Source: Bacillota bacterium (GTDB taxonomy: Bacteria > Bacillota > Sulfobacillia > Fermentithermobacillales > Fermentithermobacillaceae). Taken from it: a DNA stretch of 64,000 nt. The notes beneath the pieces were generated by a model. That model was given only the letters and a program-made list of their open reading frames with translations, searched no databases and had not been told where the DNA came from. The stretch is from assembly GCA_050952065.1 (NCBI GenBank), contig JBMNKF010000007.1, positions 145,127 to 209,126 on the forward strand, in the 5' to 3' direction. This document shows, piece by piece, positions 47,034-56,180 of this stretch. Within the stretch, counting starts at the first letter, position 1, and every line of letters begins with the position of its first letter. A program made the translations under genes and the position numbers.

Positions 47034-48140
47034 CTATACTCCGGCCATGGCTAGTTTCATCTCATCTATGAGAACTCCATTTTCGTCTGGAGTCCCGATC
47101 GTTATGCGAAGACACGTGGGTAGCTCCCATGGAGTGGCGGGTCTCACGATAACACCTCTTTTGAGCATCTGCTCAAACAGAACTTGACAATCTATGCCTG
47201 TGTCCACCAACAGGAAATTTCCCCACGAAGGGTAGACTTTGCATCCAATGGCTGTCAATTCGGAAGTGAGGTAGCGTTTGCCGGCGTGGTTGTTCTTCAG
47301 GCTTTTGCGAACGTGATCATGGTCGTCAAGAGCGGCCACTGCGGCAACTTGAGCGAACACATTTTGGTTAAAGCAGGGTTTCACGCGTTCAATTAGGGCG
47401 CATATGTCCTGGGTCGCCAAACCGTACCCCACCCGGAGCCCCGCCAAGCCGTAGATTTTGGAGAACGTATGGAGGACGATCACATTTCGTCCTTCTTTTA
47501 CGTAAGGCAAAAAGTCACCGTAGTCAGGATCGTCCACGTACTCGGCGTAAGCCTCGTCTGCCACCACCAAGACATCAGGGGAGATTCTATCCATGAACTC
47601 GCGGACTTCCTGCTTTGTCACCATGCCGCCTGTGGGGTTGTTTGGATTACATAAAAAAACCATCTTGGTTCCAGGGGTAATATTGTTCAACATGGCTTCT
47701 AGGTCGAGAGACCCCAGATTCGTGACAGGCACTTCTACCGGTACGCCCCCCATGAGAAGCGTAGAGATGCTGTAGATAGGGAAAGTTGGCCGGCCCATGA
47801 CCACTTTGTCACCGGCGTTGATGAACACCTGCCCCAGAAGCATCAGGAGCTCTTCTGAGCCGTTTCCAAGGATCACTTCGTGGGGGCTCAAGCCGTATTT
47901 GGCAGCAAGTTTGTTCTTTAGATCGAAGCCTTTGGCATCAGGGTAGGTGTGAACGTCTGCAGACATCTCGAAGATGGCCGACATGGCCTTGGGGGAAGGC
48001 CCCAAAGGATTCTCGTTAGATGCAAGCTTTAGCACTCGATCGAGACCCAGTTCTCTCTTGACCTCATTTGCTGATTTGCCCGGACCATAGGGTGAAATCT
48101 TGCTAACGTCTGGTCTTACCAACCTATGGATGATGTTCAC
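47034..48140 (-). CDS. hisC: Histidinol-phosphate aminotransferase
   Basis: KLASNENP, GNGS.E, CNPNNPTG, DEAY, TFSKIYGLAGLRVGY, RITIG. Confidence 0.93.
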   Translation of the reverse strand: MNIIHRLVRPDVSKISPYGPGKSANEVKRELGLDRVLKLASNENPLGPSPKAMSAIFEMSADVHTYPDAKGFDLKNKLAAKYGLSPHEVILGNGSEELLMLLGQVFINAGDKVVMGRPTFPIYSISTLLMGGVPVEVPVTNLGSLDLEAMLNNITPGTKMVFLCNPNNPTGGMVTKQEVREFMDRISPDVLVVADEAYAEYVDDPDYGDFLPYVKEGRNVIVLHTFSKIYGLAGLRVGYGLATQDICALIERVKPCFNQNVFAQVAAVAALDDHDHVRKSLKNNHAGKRYLTSELTAIGCKVYPSWGNFLLVDTGIDCQVLFEQMLKRGVIVRPATPWELPTCLRITIGTPDENGVLIDEMKLAMAGV

Positions 48141-48283
48141 TATCGGCCCCTCCCGGTGAGTTCTGTGAAGCTAATTCGATGTTAACCGATGCATACCTTC
48201 TGTTTTGGGCTCGTACAGACGCCGGGGTCAGGATTAGCGCAGCCGGGAAGAGGAAACATAATCATGAAAGGGAGTGCTTGCGG

Positions 48284-48697
48284 GTGTCTGGCTCCAAAGG
48301 CTCAGCCGAAGATTGCCTCCTTGGGGAAGATAGTCTAGCCCAAAGCAGGTGCAATGAGGAAGGGGTTTGTGCTCAGACCAGCGAAGGCTCGGCCAACTTT
48401 CGGGATGCCGCGGTGGCTGTACGCAGTCTGCAGGACACGCTTCAGTCAGTATCGGATTCGCTGGAAAGAGCCAAGATAGCGGAGTATGTAGGACTTCTGA
48501 ACCGACCGGGCCGCCTCATTTTCCTCAACACCATCTCTGGGCTGTTCCGAGGGCTTGGCATGGCCGCCGGTTTCACGATACTGGGTGCTCTACTGATATA
48601 CGTGTTGACCAGGAGTTTCATTCAAAACCTGCCTATCGTAGGGAACTTTCTGGGCGAGATAGTGTGGATCATCCAGCAGTATCTGAAAGGTAAATAG
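48284..48697 (+). CDS. DUF5665-like membrane protein
   Basis: IAEYV.LL..P.RLI..N..SG.FRGLG...GFT, NLP.VG.F; GTG start after GGGAG. Confidence 0.75.
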   Translation: MSGSKGSAEDCLLGEDSLAQSRCNEEGVCAQTSEGSANFRDAAVAVRSLQDTLQSVSDSLERAKIAEYVGLLNRPGRLIFLNTISGLFRGLGMAAGFTILGALLIYVLTRSFIQNLPIVGNFLGEIVWIIQQYLKGK

Positions 48698-48735
48698 CAT
48701 CCCTGATACTGGATACTAAGGGAGAGAATTCAGCG

Positions 48736-49290
48736 ATGGCAATTGGAAGACATCGTCGGCAAGACATAGATCTCCGGAAGTATCAATCGCTTCTGTGGGA
48801 GAAGAAAGGCTTTATTGAGCGTGGTCTGAATGCGATCATGGAGAAATCTTTCTCCGAAAGCCAAAAAGTCAACTCGGGGGAGTCCGGCTCATACGATCAA
48901 CACTCTGCCGACCTAGCTTTGGACACCTTCGAACGGGAGAAAGATCTGGGATTAAAGGATGGTTTGGAAATAGACCAGAACAAGATAGATCTGGCTCTCG
49001 AAAGGATTCGGGAAGGGACTTACGGCTACTGTCTGCGTTGCCATGAGCCAATTCCTGAGGGACGTCTGGAATCTATGCCCGATGCAGAACTCTGCATTCA
49101 CTGTCAAGAGGAAGAGGAAGTGACTCCGGTTACGAGACGCCCAGTGGAGGAGATGTCGACCACTTCTTATATGCGGGGGATAGAGACGCTTACCGATGAC
49201 CCCTATGCGGAAGGCTCTCAGGAGAAAGACAGGGCACAGATGGTCAAGAACGTGCTCCGTTTGCCCAATGACATGGACATGACCACATGA
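48736..49290 (+). CDS. YteA-like TraR/DksA C4 zinc-finger protein
   Basis: SYDQHSAD...TFEREKD, GTYG.C..C..PIP..RL...P....C..C, RPVEE. Confidence 0.88.
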   Translation: MAIGRHRRQDIDLRKYQSLLWEKKGFIERGLNAIMEKSFSESQKVNSGESGSYDQHSADLALDTFEREKDLGLKDGLEIDQNKIDLALERIREGTYGYCLRCHEPIPEGRLESMPDAELCIHCQEEEEVTPVTRRPVEEMSTTSYMRGIETLTDDPYAEGSQEKDRAQMVKNVLRLPNDMDMTT

Positions 49291-49501
49291 CAGTGTCAGG
49301 GCGTAGCGGCAGCCTGTCCTGCTGCACCGCGAGCCCCGCCTGGCTTAGCACAAATATCTAGCGGTACTATGGGGACTCAGGTGTTCGGCCGCCAGCCCAG
49401 TCTTGCCTCAGAGTGGGATGTTGGGTATTCTCTTCTGTAGGGTCTTGGCAATGCGGCCTTAGTCCGATTCCGAGATACGGCAAAGAAAGTGAGCGCTAAA
49501 C

Positions 49502-49948
49502 TTGGCTTTCTGGGTGGCTTTCTTGGGTTCTGCGACGGCAGACTACCTAACCAAGTCCTGGGTTAGGAACAATATCCCTCTTGGAGAGACCCGCACAATC
49601 ATAGATGGTTTGCTCACGTTTGTCCACTGGAGCAACTCTGGGGCGGCCTTTGGGTTTCTCAGGAACGCCAGTCTGTATTTGGCGATAGTGAGCGGGGCCT
49701 GCGTCGTCGCGGCCGTCGTCATGTATCCAAAGCTCAGGTCATTGGGTTTGGCATTCGCCATCTCTTTGGGCTTGGTGTCCGGAGGGGCCCTTGGAAACTT
49801 TCTGGATAGGATAAGGTTTGGCAGCGTAACAGATTTCGTTAGTCTGAGTTTTTTCGCTCCCATATTCAATGTAGCCGATTCTGCTATCGTTGTTGGCGCC
49901 TTCATGATGATCGGGCTGCTCATGTTCTCGATGAAAGAGAGCCTTTGA
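49502..49948 (+). CDS. lspA: Lipoprotein signal peptidase II
   Basis: D..TK, NSGAAFG, GGALGNFLDR, V.DF, FNVAD. Confidence 0.95.
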   Translation: MAFWVAFLGSATADYLTKSWVRNNIPLGETRTIIDGLLTFVHWSNSGAAFGFLRNASLYLAIVSGACVVAAVVMYPKLRSLGLAFAISLGLVSGGALGNFLDRIRFGSVTDFVSLSFFAPIFNVADSAIVVGAFMMIGLLMFSMKESL

Positions 49949-49951
49949 CCG

Positions 49952-50959
49952 TTGAGCGAGATGGGTGATAGGCACCTAAGACTGGAAGTCGATGAAGAGG
50001 GCGTTGGAGATCGGCTTGATACCTACGCTTCTTCCAGATCTGCCGGGTTATTGTCTCGGTCGCGGTTTCAGTCCTTGGTTGAAGAAGGACATGTTCTCCT
50101 TAACGGTGCCAGGCCCAAAGCCTCGACCAGACTGAAGGTTGGGGACGTAATAGAGGTGACTGTGCCGGCCCCCGTTTCGTGGGATCTGGTTCCGGAAGAG
50201 ATCCCCCTAAATGTCGTCTATGAGGACGAGAAGATCCTGGTGATAAACAAACCTCGCGGTATGGTAGTTCACCCGGCAGCGGGGCATCGGCGTGGCACTT
50301 TGGCCGGCGCCATTCTCAGTCATTGTCCGGATCTTCGGGGAATTGGCGGTGAGATGCGCCCAGGGATAGTCCACAGGTTGGATAAAGACACGACGGGGCT
50401 CCTTGTGGTTGCCAAAGATGAACAAAGCTTGAAGGCTCTGCAACGGCAGATAAAGGATAGGGAGGTTGTGAGGCATTACGTGGCGCTGTGTAAGGGCCGC
50501 TTCAAGACCCCCGCCGGTAGGGTGGACGCACCCATCGGAAGGAATCCGAGAGATCGCAAGAAGATGGCCGTTACTGAAAGAGGCAGACAAGCGGTTACCG
50601 ATTACCGGGTGCTAACGACTTTCGGTAACGAGTATAGTATCGTCAGCTGCCACCTTCGTACCGGTCGCACGCATCAAATTCGCGTTCACCTGGCATATCT
50701 GAAGCACCCGGTGGTTGGGGACCCGGTCTACAGTAGCACCGAAGGTGAACTGGGTCTCCACGGACAGGCGCTCCATGCCGTGGAGTTGGGGTTCATCAAT
50801 CCCGGGTCCGGTCGGTTCATGAAGTTCATGGCACCTTTGCCTGACGACTTCCTCGATGCTTTGCGGACGCTCGAACGGAAATACAAGGAGGAATTTCCCA
50901 GATGGCTATTGGAGATTCAAGGTACAGGGAAAACATGGCAGAGATCCTCATTAGAATAG
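49952..50959 (+). CDS. rluD: RluA-family (RluD) pseudouridine synthase
   Basis: S4 domain, NKPRGMVVHP, GIVHRLDKDTTG, TGRTHQIRVH, QALHA. Confidence 0.93.
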   Translation: MSEMGDRHLRLEVDEEGVGDRLDTYASSRSAGLLSRSRFQSLVEEGHVLLNGARPKASTRLKVGDVIEVTVPAPVSWDLVPEEIPLNVVYEDEKILVINKPRGMVVHPAAGHRRGTLAGAILSHCPDLRGIGGEMRPGIVHRLDKDTTGLLVVAKDEQSLKALQRQIKDREVVRHYVALCKGRFKTPAGRVDAPIGRNPRDRKKMAVTERGRQAVTDYRVLTTFGNEYSIVSCHLRTGRTHQIRVHLAYLKHPVVGDPVYSSTEGELGLHGQALHAVELGFINPGSGRFMKFMAPLPDDFLDALRTLERKYKEEFPRWLLEIQGTGKTWQRSSLE

Positions 50960-51567
50960 GCGCCTTGGGTGCACGCCCCGAAGAACCCTTTACGTTGACT
51001 TCAGGCACCAAGAGCCCTGTATATATAGATGTCCGACGTCTCATCTCCTTCGTTCCTGAGCGCGAAGCGGCTGTGGACATGATGGAGCAGTTGATTAAGG
51101 ACATGGTGGCCGAGCCCATAGATGCTGTAGCGGGAGGGGAGACGGCCGGCATTCCGTATGCGGCCTTTTTGGGGTGGAAGATGCGACTTCCCATGGTTTA
51201 TGTGAGGAAGCAAGCCAAAGGTTTCGGACGAAATGCCCAGGTAGAGGGCTATATCGGAGAAGGCAAGCACGTGGTGTTGGTTGAAGATCTCATGTTCGAC
51301 AGCGGCAGCAAAATCAACTTTGTCCAAGGTCTCCGGAAGGCCGGGCTTAAAGTGAACCATGTGTTTGTTTTCGCGTCCTATGGTTTTGCCCAGGAGTACA
51401 AGAAGACTCTTGGAGAGATAGGAGTAGAAGGTCACTGGATAACTGATTGGCCCACAATTGTTGACGTAGGAGAGAGGACCGGGTTTTTCGACCGGGGGAC
51501 GGCTTCTATGATAAGGGATTTTCTCAGAGATCCTCATGCTTGGTCTAGGGCGCGAGGCGGCAAGTGA
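50902..51567 (+). CDS. pyrE: Orotate phosphoribosyltransferase
   Basis: PFTLTSG..SP.Y.D.R, TAGIP, RK..K..G, VLVEDL. Confidence 0.88.
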   Translation: MAIGDSRYRENMAEILIRIGALGARPEEPFTLTSGTKSPVYIDVRRLISFVPEREAAVDMMEQLIKDMVAEPIDAVAGGETAGIPYAAFLGWKMRLPMVYVRKQAKGFGRNAQVEGYIGEGKHVVLVEDLMFDSGSKINFVQGLRKAGLKVNHVFVFASYGFAQEYKKTLGEIGVEGHWITDWPTIVDVGERTGFFDRGTASMIRDFLRDPHAWSRARGGK

Positions 51568-51622
51568 CCCTGTGGGTAACCAGATTCGGGGCCAATAGTG
51601 GAAATAGTGGAGAGGAGCCCTG

Positions 51623-52426
51623 TTGTTGACTCCCGGGTTCGTGTTTCGTCTGGCTCTGGTATTGGTCTTGGCAGGTTTAGCCGCAGCATGTTGGGCCTGT
51701 TTTGTAGAACCGCACATGATAAGGGTTGAGAGAGTCAATGTTCCCATTGATTCATTGCCTGACGCTCTTGACGGCTTTACCATCGGGGTGATTTCCGACT
51801 TGCACCTGGATACAACCCCATTTTCCGTGGTCCGCCGAGCAGCAGACCTCCTGGCCAAGGCGAACCCTAACATTACGGTGGTTCTGGGCGATTTGGCTGG
51901 AGCACCCTCGTTGATTGACTCCATAAATCAGGCTATAGAACCTCTTGGTCAGCCTTACGGAGTGCGCGGGAATTGGGACCGTTGGTGGGAGGCTGAGTCT
52001 CTTCGAGACAGAGTGAACTTACATATGTTGGTCAACTCCGGGCAGCTGGTGGCTCCGGGCCTTTGGGTGGGTGGAGTCGACGATGCGCTAGTGGGTAGTC
52101 CTTCCATAGATGAGGCCATGGCGGAAGATACCGGCGACTCTATTCGAATCCTGCTGGCACACGAACCAGACATAGCTTTAGCGGTAAAGCCCGAACACAG
52201 GATTTCGCTTCAAATATCGGGTCACAGTCACGGCGGACAGGTGTGTCTACCGTTTGTAGGGGCTCTGCTTTTGCCGCCCCTCGGCAGCCAGTACCCGGTG
52301 GGGCTACAAGAGGCTCCAACACACTGGGTCTATACGACTCGTGGTGTCGGTATGAGCCACATACCCGTACGTTTTCTTTGCCTGCCTGAGATAAGCCTCA
52401 TCACGCTTGTAAAGAGGCCGTCGTGA
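51623..52426 (+). CDS. Membrane-anchored metallophosphoesterase (YkuE-like)
   Basis: SDLH, GD, GNWD, LLAHEP, SGHSHGGQ, RGVG, PEI. Confidence 0.9.
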   Translation: MLTPGFVFRLALVLVLAGLAAACWACFVEPHMIRVERVNVPIDSLPDALDGFTIGVISDLHLDTTPFSVVRRAADLLAKANPNITVVLGDLAGAPSLIDSINQAIEPLGQPYGVRGNWDRWWEAESLRDRVNLHMLVNSGQLVAPGLWVGGVDDALVGSPSIDEAMAEDTGDSIRILLAHEPDIALAVKPEHRISLQISGHSHGGQVCLPFVGALLLPPLGSQYPVGLQEAPTHWVYTTRGVGMSHIPVRFLCLPEISLITLVKRPS

Positions 52427-52437
52427 GGAGAAATGTT

Positions 52438-52465
52438 AGTTAACATAATAACTATTATGGGACGT
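52438..52465 (-). other. dif site (XerC/XerD chromosome dimer resolution site)
   Basis: The minus strand reads ACGTCCCATAA-TAGTTA-TTATGTTAACT, an 11-6-11 layout. Compare E. coli GGTGCGCATAA-TGTATA-TTATGTTAAAT and B. subtilis ACTTCCTAGAA-TATATA-TTATGTAAACT. Confidence 0.85.
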
Positions 52466-52500
52466 TACGAATCAATAAGATGTTGCCCCGTCCTCTTGGC

Positions 52501-52552
52501 CTCTTACAGAAGCCTCTTACAGAGTTTCTTACAGCAACAGAGTCTCTTACAG
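52501..52552. repeat. Four imperfectly spaced copies of TCTTACAG
   Basis: Copies at 52502, 52515, 52527 and 52545. Confidence 0.8.
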
Positions 52553-52885
52553 CAGATGAGCGGCGTTTTTCGGTTAACTGATTCGAATTGCATTCTGGTT
52601 TCTGTTTTGAACCCATGCCAATCAGAGTTTCTATGGTCTAGCATGACGAACATCCTCTCGGACTCCGATTCTTGTCTCTATCTATTGGTGCAGGTGGTGC
52701 AGGAGAATTTTGTGAGTGCGTTGAAGGATGAGTTTGTTTGGAGTTGCCTCAAAGTTTCAGGGCCCTCTAGTTCGTATAGTGTGAAAGTGAAAGGTCTATT
52801 GGTAGTTAGGTCTACTCGTCAGTTCGTAGGTCTTCTTGCAGGTTTCCCAAGGTCATCTTTCTGGAGTTCAGTCTGGTGCTCGACC

Positions 52886-52996
52886 TGCTCATCGACGATG
52901 AGCAACGCAGCTCTAGAAAGAGCTGCCGAAAGGAATTCGAAACCTTTCCAAGGTGCGCCAATATGTCAAGTATGTAAGATATACCCAAGATTGGGT
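52886..52996. repeat. Cluster of four perfect inverted repeats
   Basis: 52886-52904, 52907-52926, 52928-52948 and 52983-52996, all Watson-Crick stems. Confidence 0.75.
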
Positions 52997-53278
52997 TAGA
53001 TAAGGATAAAAGTGTGATTTCTGACAGGAATACGTCTGACGTGTGTGGAATAGCCGTTCTGCGACAGAAATGGCGGTAATGACAAGGGCGGCAGTGCGTT
53101 GTTCGGGGGTTTACCTGTCTCGCGGTCTTTCGGTTGTCGGCCTGCGCTAACGGCGAACGGGGGGTGATTTCCGAAGAGTAAGAATCGCGCATACGCGCAT
53201 CGGGTCGGCCTCCCTATTCCCTATTCTTGGTTTCTCTTGGTTTCCCGTCCAGCGACAAAGCGCACAAGGAGGATAAGC

Positions 53279-55138
53279 ATGAAGAGACTCACGGCAGTGC
53301 TGATGCTTGTGTTCATGATGGCTGGCCTTGCCGCAGCCTGTACTCCTTCGGAGCCTCCGCCTCCTGCCAGCGAAGTGAGGGAGTCGGGCGACTATTACGC
53401 TGTCTATTCGGGCGAAGTCAAGGGGCTCAACCCCCTTGTTACCAGCACTACGGCAGAATTCAGTATCTTGGCCAACTGTATTGACGGTTTGGTAGAGCAC
53501 AATCACCTGGGTATTATCCAGCCTGCTTTAGCCGAATCCTGGAAAGTGAGTGACGACGGGCTTGTTTGGACTTTCAAGATAAGGCCGGGTGTCAAGTGGG
53601 TTACTTACGAAGGCGAAGAGTACGCAGAAGTTGTTGCTCAAGACTGGGTAGACGCCCACAAGTACGGATTCGACCCCAAGAACGCATCCGCCAATGCCAA
53701 TATCGCCTACGAGGCTGTTGAGAACGGTCTAGCCTATTACAATGGTGAGATTACCGATTGGGAGCAGGTAGGCATCAAGGCGCTTGACAAGTACACCTTG
53801 CAGTATACTCTTGAACGCCCTATCCCCTATTTCCTTACCATGTTGTGCTACATGGCCTTTCTCCCGATGAACGGTCAGTTCTTGGCCGAAACCGGCGAGA
53901 ATTTCGGAACGGATCATAAGAATCTTCTGTATTGCGGTGCCTACATTATCTCCGAGTGGGAACCCCAGAACTACCGGCTCATGGTCAATAATGAGACGTA
54001 CTGGGATAAGGACAACGTTCACATCCAGAAACTGCACTATCGATACAACAAAGAGGCCGGAAAGCTTGCGCCTGACTTGTTCCTGCAAGGAGAGATCAGC
54101 TCCGCCGATATACCCAGCTCGATATTACAGGACTGGCTCGACGACCCGGCCCGCAAGGATCTGGTTAGGCCCAACCTCCCTAGCACATACAGCTACTTCT
54201 ATGCTTTCAACTTCGATCCGCATTTTCCCGAGGAATATGAGCCCGAAAACTGGAAGATTGTAGTAAACAACAAGAACTTCCGGAAATCGTTGTTCCATGC
54301 CCTAGACCGCAAAGCGGCTATGCTTACGGCAGAGCCAAACGACCCGTTGTCCAGACTCAACAATACGGTGACTCCCAAGAACTTCTGCCAGTACAGCGGG
54401 AAAGATTATGTGCTCTATGAACCTCTGGCGAAATTCACTGACACGGACAGCTTCGATCCGGACGAGGCTCTAAGGTATCGCGACCTTGCCCTGGCTGAGC
54501 TTGAGGGTAAGGCCACGTTCCCTGTGAAAGTGTATATGCCCTACAACACCTCGAGTGCCGACTGGACTAAGAGGTGCGTCGTTGTAGAACAGCAATTGGA
54601 GAATCTCTTGGGGAGTGACTACATCGACGTGATCCCCGTAGGATTCCCACCAACGAACTTCTTGAAGGACACGAGAAGGGCCGGCAACTACGCGTTCCAG
54701 GAATGCAACTGGGGACCCGACTATGCTGATCCTGAGACATTCGCCGATCCCTTCTATCCCCCCGCCGGCATGGACTACAACTGGGTGGATAAGGCCGAAG
54801 GTTATACCGACGAGAACGGCCTAAGCCACTATCAGAACCTGGTTGACGAGGCCAAAGCCGAAGTTGTTGATCTGGAGCGGCGTTTCGAGCTCTTTGCCCG
54901 TGCGGAGGCGTGGCTTATTGAAGAAGCCATGATCATTCCTTACGGAGTTGGCGGCGGCGGATACTCCGCCTCCAAGGTTGAGCCTTTCACGGGCCCCTAT
55001 GCGCCGTTCGGAAGCGACAGCTACAAGTGGAAGGGCCAAATAATCATGGATAAGGCAATGAGCATGGAGGAGTACAAACAGGCCCGCGAAAAGTGGGAAG
55101 CCGATCGTGCCGCGGCTCTGGCAGCCCAGGCCAAATAG
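53279..55138 (+). CDS. oppA: Oligopeptide ABC transporter substrate-binding lipoprotein (AmiA/OppA-like)
   Basis: Lipobox LAAAC; PALAESW.VS.DG..WTF.IR, EEYAEV.AQD, WGPDYADP; ATG after AAGGAGG. Confidence 0.92.
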   Translation: MKRLTAVLMLVFMMAGLAAACTPSEPPPPASEVRESGDYYAVYSGEVKGLNPLVTSTTAEFSILANCIDGLVEHNHLGIIQPALAESWKVSDDGLVWTFKIRPGVKWVTYEGEEYAEVVAQDWVDAHKYGFDPKNASANANIAYEAVENGLAYYNGEITDWEQVGIKALDKYTLQYTLERPIPYFLTMLCYMAFLPMNGQFLAETGENFGTDHKNLLYCGAYIISEWEPQNYRLMVNNETYWDKDNVHIQKLHYRYNKEAGKLAPDLFLQGEISSADIPSSILQDWLDDPARKDLVRPNLPSTYSYFYAFNFDPHFPEEYEPENWKIVVNNKNFRKSLFHALDRKAAMLTAEPNDPLSRLNNTVTPKNFCQYSGKDYVLYEPLAKFTDTDSFDPDEALRYRDLALAELEGKATFPVKVYMPYNTSSADWTKRCVVVEQQLENLLGSDYIDVIPVGFPPTNFLKDTRRAGNYAFQECNWGPDYADPETFADPFYPPAGMDYNWVDKAEGYTDENGLSHYQNLVDEAKAEVVDLERRFELFARAEAWLIEEAMIIPYGVGGGGYSASKVEPFTGPYAPFGSDSYKWKGQIIMDKAMSMEEYKQAREKWEADRAAALAAQAK

Positions 55139-55152
55139 ATTCTCTTCGTGAA

Positions 55153-55190
55153 TTAGAGAGGACCGTCCCTATCGGGGCGGTCTTCTCTAA
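55153..55190 (+). terminator. Stem-loop after oppA (attenuator or mRNA stabiliser)
   Basis: ttagagaggaccgtcc...gggcggtcttctctaa long stem, no U-tract. Confidence 0.6.
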
Positions 55191-55232
55191 AGCCATGGAA
55201 CTGCTGTCAATCGGACGCGAGGGGCTGTGTGA

Positions 55233-56180
55233 ATGATGGTAAGGTATTGCATAAGAAGGCTGTTGCAGTCGGCGGTGACGGTGTTCATTGTTCTAACGCT
55301 GGTTTTCTTGTTGATGCGATTACTCCCAGTTGAAGGGTATTTCGATGAAAACTATGATAAACTGCAGCCGACCCAGCGCGAAAACATACTCCGGAGCCTA
55401 GGTGTGTTGGACCCATGGTATGTTCAGCTCAAGAACTTCTACCAAAGCCTTCTCAGAGGAGATTTAGGGAAGTCCATTGTTTACCGCCCGAAGGTTCCGA
55501 TTACGACCATTCTAAAAACCAAGATTCCGTATTCTCTTCGTTTCGGCCTAGCATCTATGTGTATCTCCTTAACCTGCGGTCTGTCGATGGGGGTTAGTCA
55601 AGCGCGGTATAAAGGCAGACTTTTGGACAAGGTTTTTACTGCGTATATTGTCTTCATAAACGCGGTTCCGGCCGCCGTGTATCTGATTCTCACGCAACTT
55701 CTTGCATCAAAGGCTTTTCGTCTTCCTATGTTGTTCGATCGCGACAAACCGCTTAGCTGGATCCTACCGGCCATATCTATGTCATTGGGCGGCATTGCGG
55801 GTTACGCCATGTGGATGCGGAGATATATGGTGGATGAACTCAACAAAGACTACATCAAGCTTGCCCGGGCCAAAGGCATGTCGGGAACCGCCATAATGGT
55901 AAAGCACGTCATGAGAAACGCTTTCGTACCCATGGCTCAATACTTGCCTGCGTCCATCCTATTTACAATCTCCGGTTCGATCTACATCGAGTCGTTGTAC
56001 TCAATACCGGGTATGGGCGGGCTCTTGGTTGACGCCATCGGATTGCAGGATAACACGATGGTTCAGGCCCTGGTTCTCCTCTTCTCATCTCTGGGGATAA
56101 TAGGTTTGTTTTTGGGTGATGTGGCTATGGCCATCTTTGACCCCCGGATCAAACTTGCCAGAGGAGGGGGGTCAAGGTAG
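55233..56180 (+). CDS. oppB: Oligopeptide ABC transporter permease
   Basis: GDLGKS, DYIKLARAKG (EAA loop), HVMRNA, DPRI. Confidence 0.93.
   Translation: MMVRYCIRRLLQSAVTVFIVLTLVFLLMRLLPVEGYFDENYDKLQPTQRENILRSLGVLDPWYVQLKNFYQSLLRGDLGKSIVYRPKVPITTILKTKIPYSLRFGLASMCISLTCGLSMGVSQARYKGRLLDKVFTAYIVFINAVPAAVYLILTQLLASKAFRLPMLFDRDKPLSWILPAISMSLGGIAGYAMWMRRYMVDELNKDYIKLARAKGMSGTAIMVKHVMRNAFVPMAQYLPASILFTISGSIYIESLYSIPGMGGLLVDAIGLQDNTMVQALVLLFSSLGIIGLFLGDVAMAIFDPRIKLARGGGSR

Noticed and set aside
51001-51924. 307-aa minus-strand ORF
   Set aside because: Antisense to pyrE and the metallophosphoesterase, with no coherent protein signal.
52501-52552. CRISPR array
   Set aside because: Repeat unit only 8-9 nt, spacers under 12 nt, and no cas genes in the window.
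52433-52999. 188-aa + strand ORF as a real gene
   Set aside because: SD only 2 nt from the ATG, overlap with dif, shadow-like composition and no recognisable motif.
52950-53110. Lysine riboswitch upstream of oppA
   Set aside because: AGGTGCG...AGTA is present, but the downstream GAAAGG, GCCGAA and CTGTC...GGAG elements are not in the required order.
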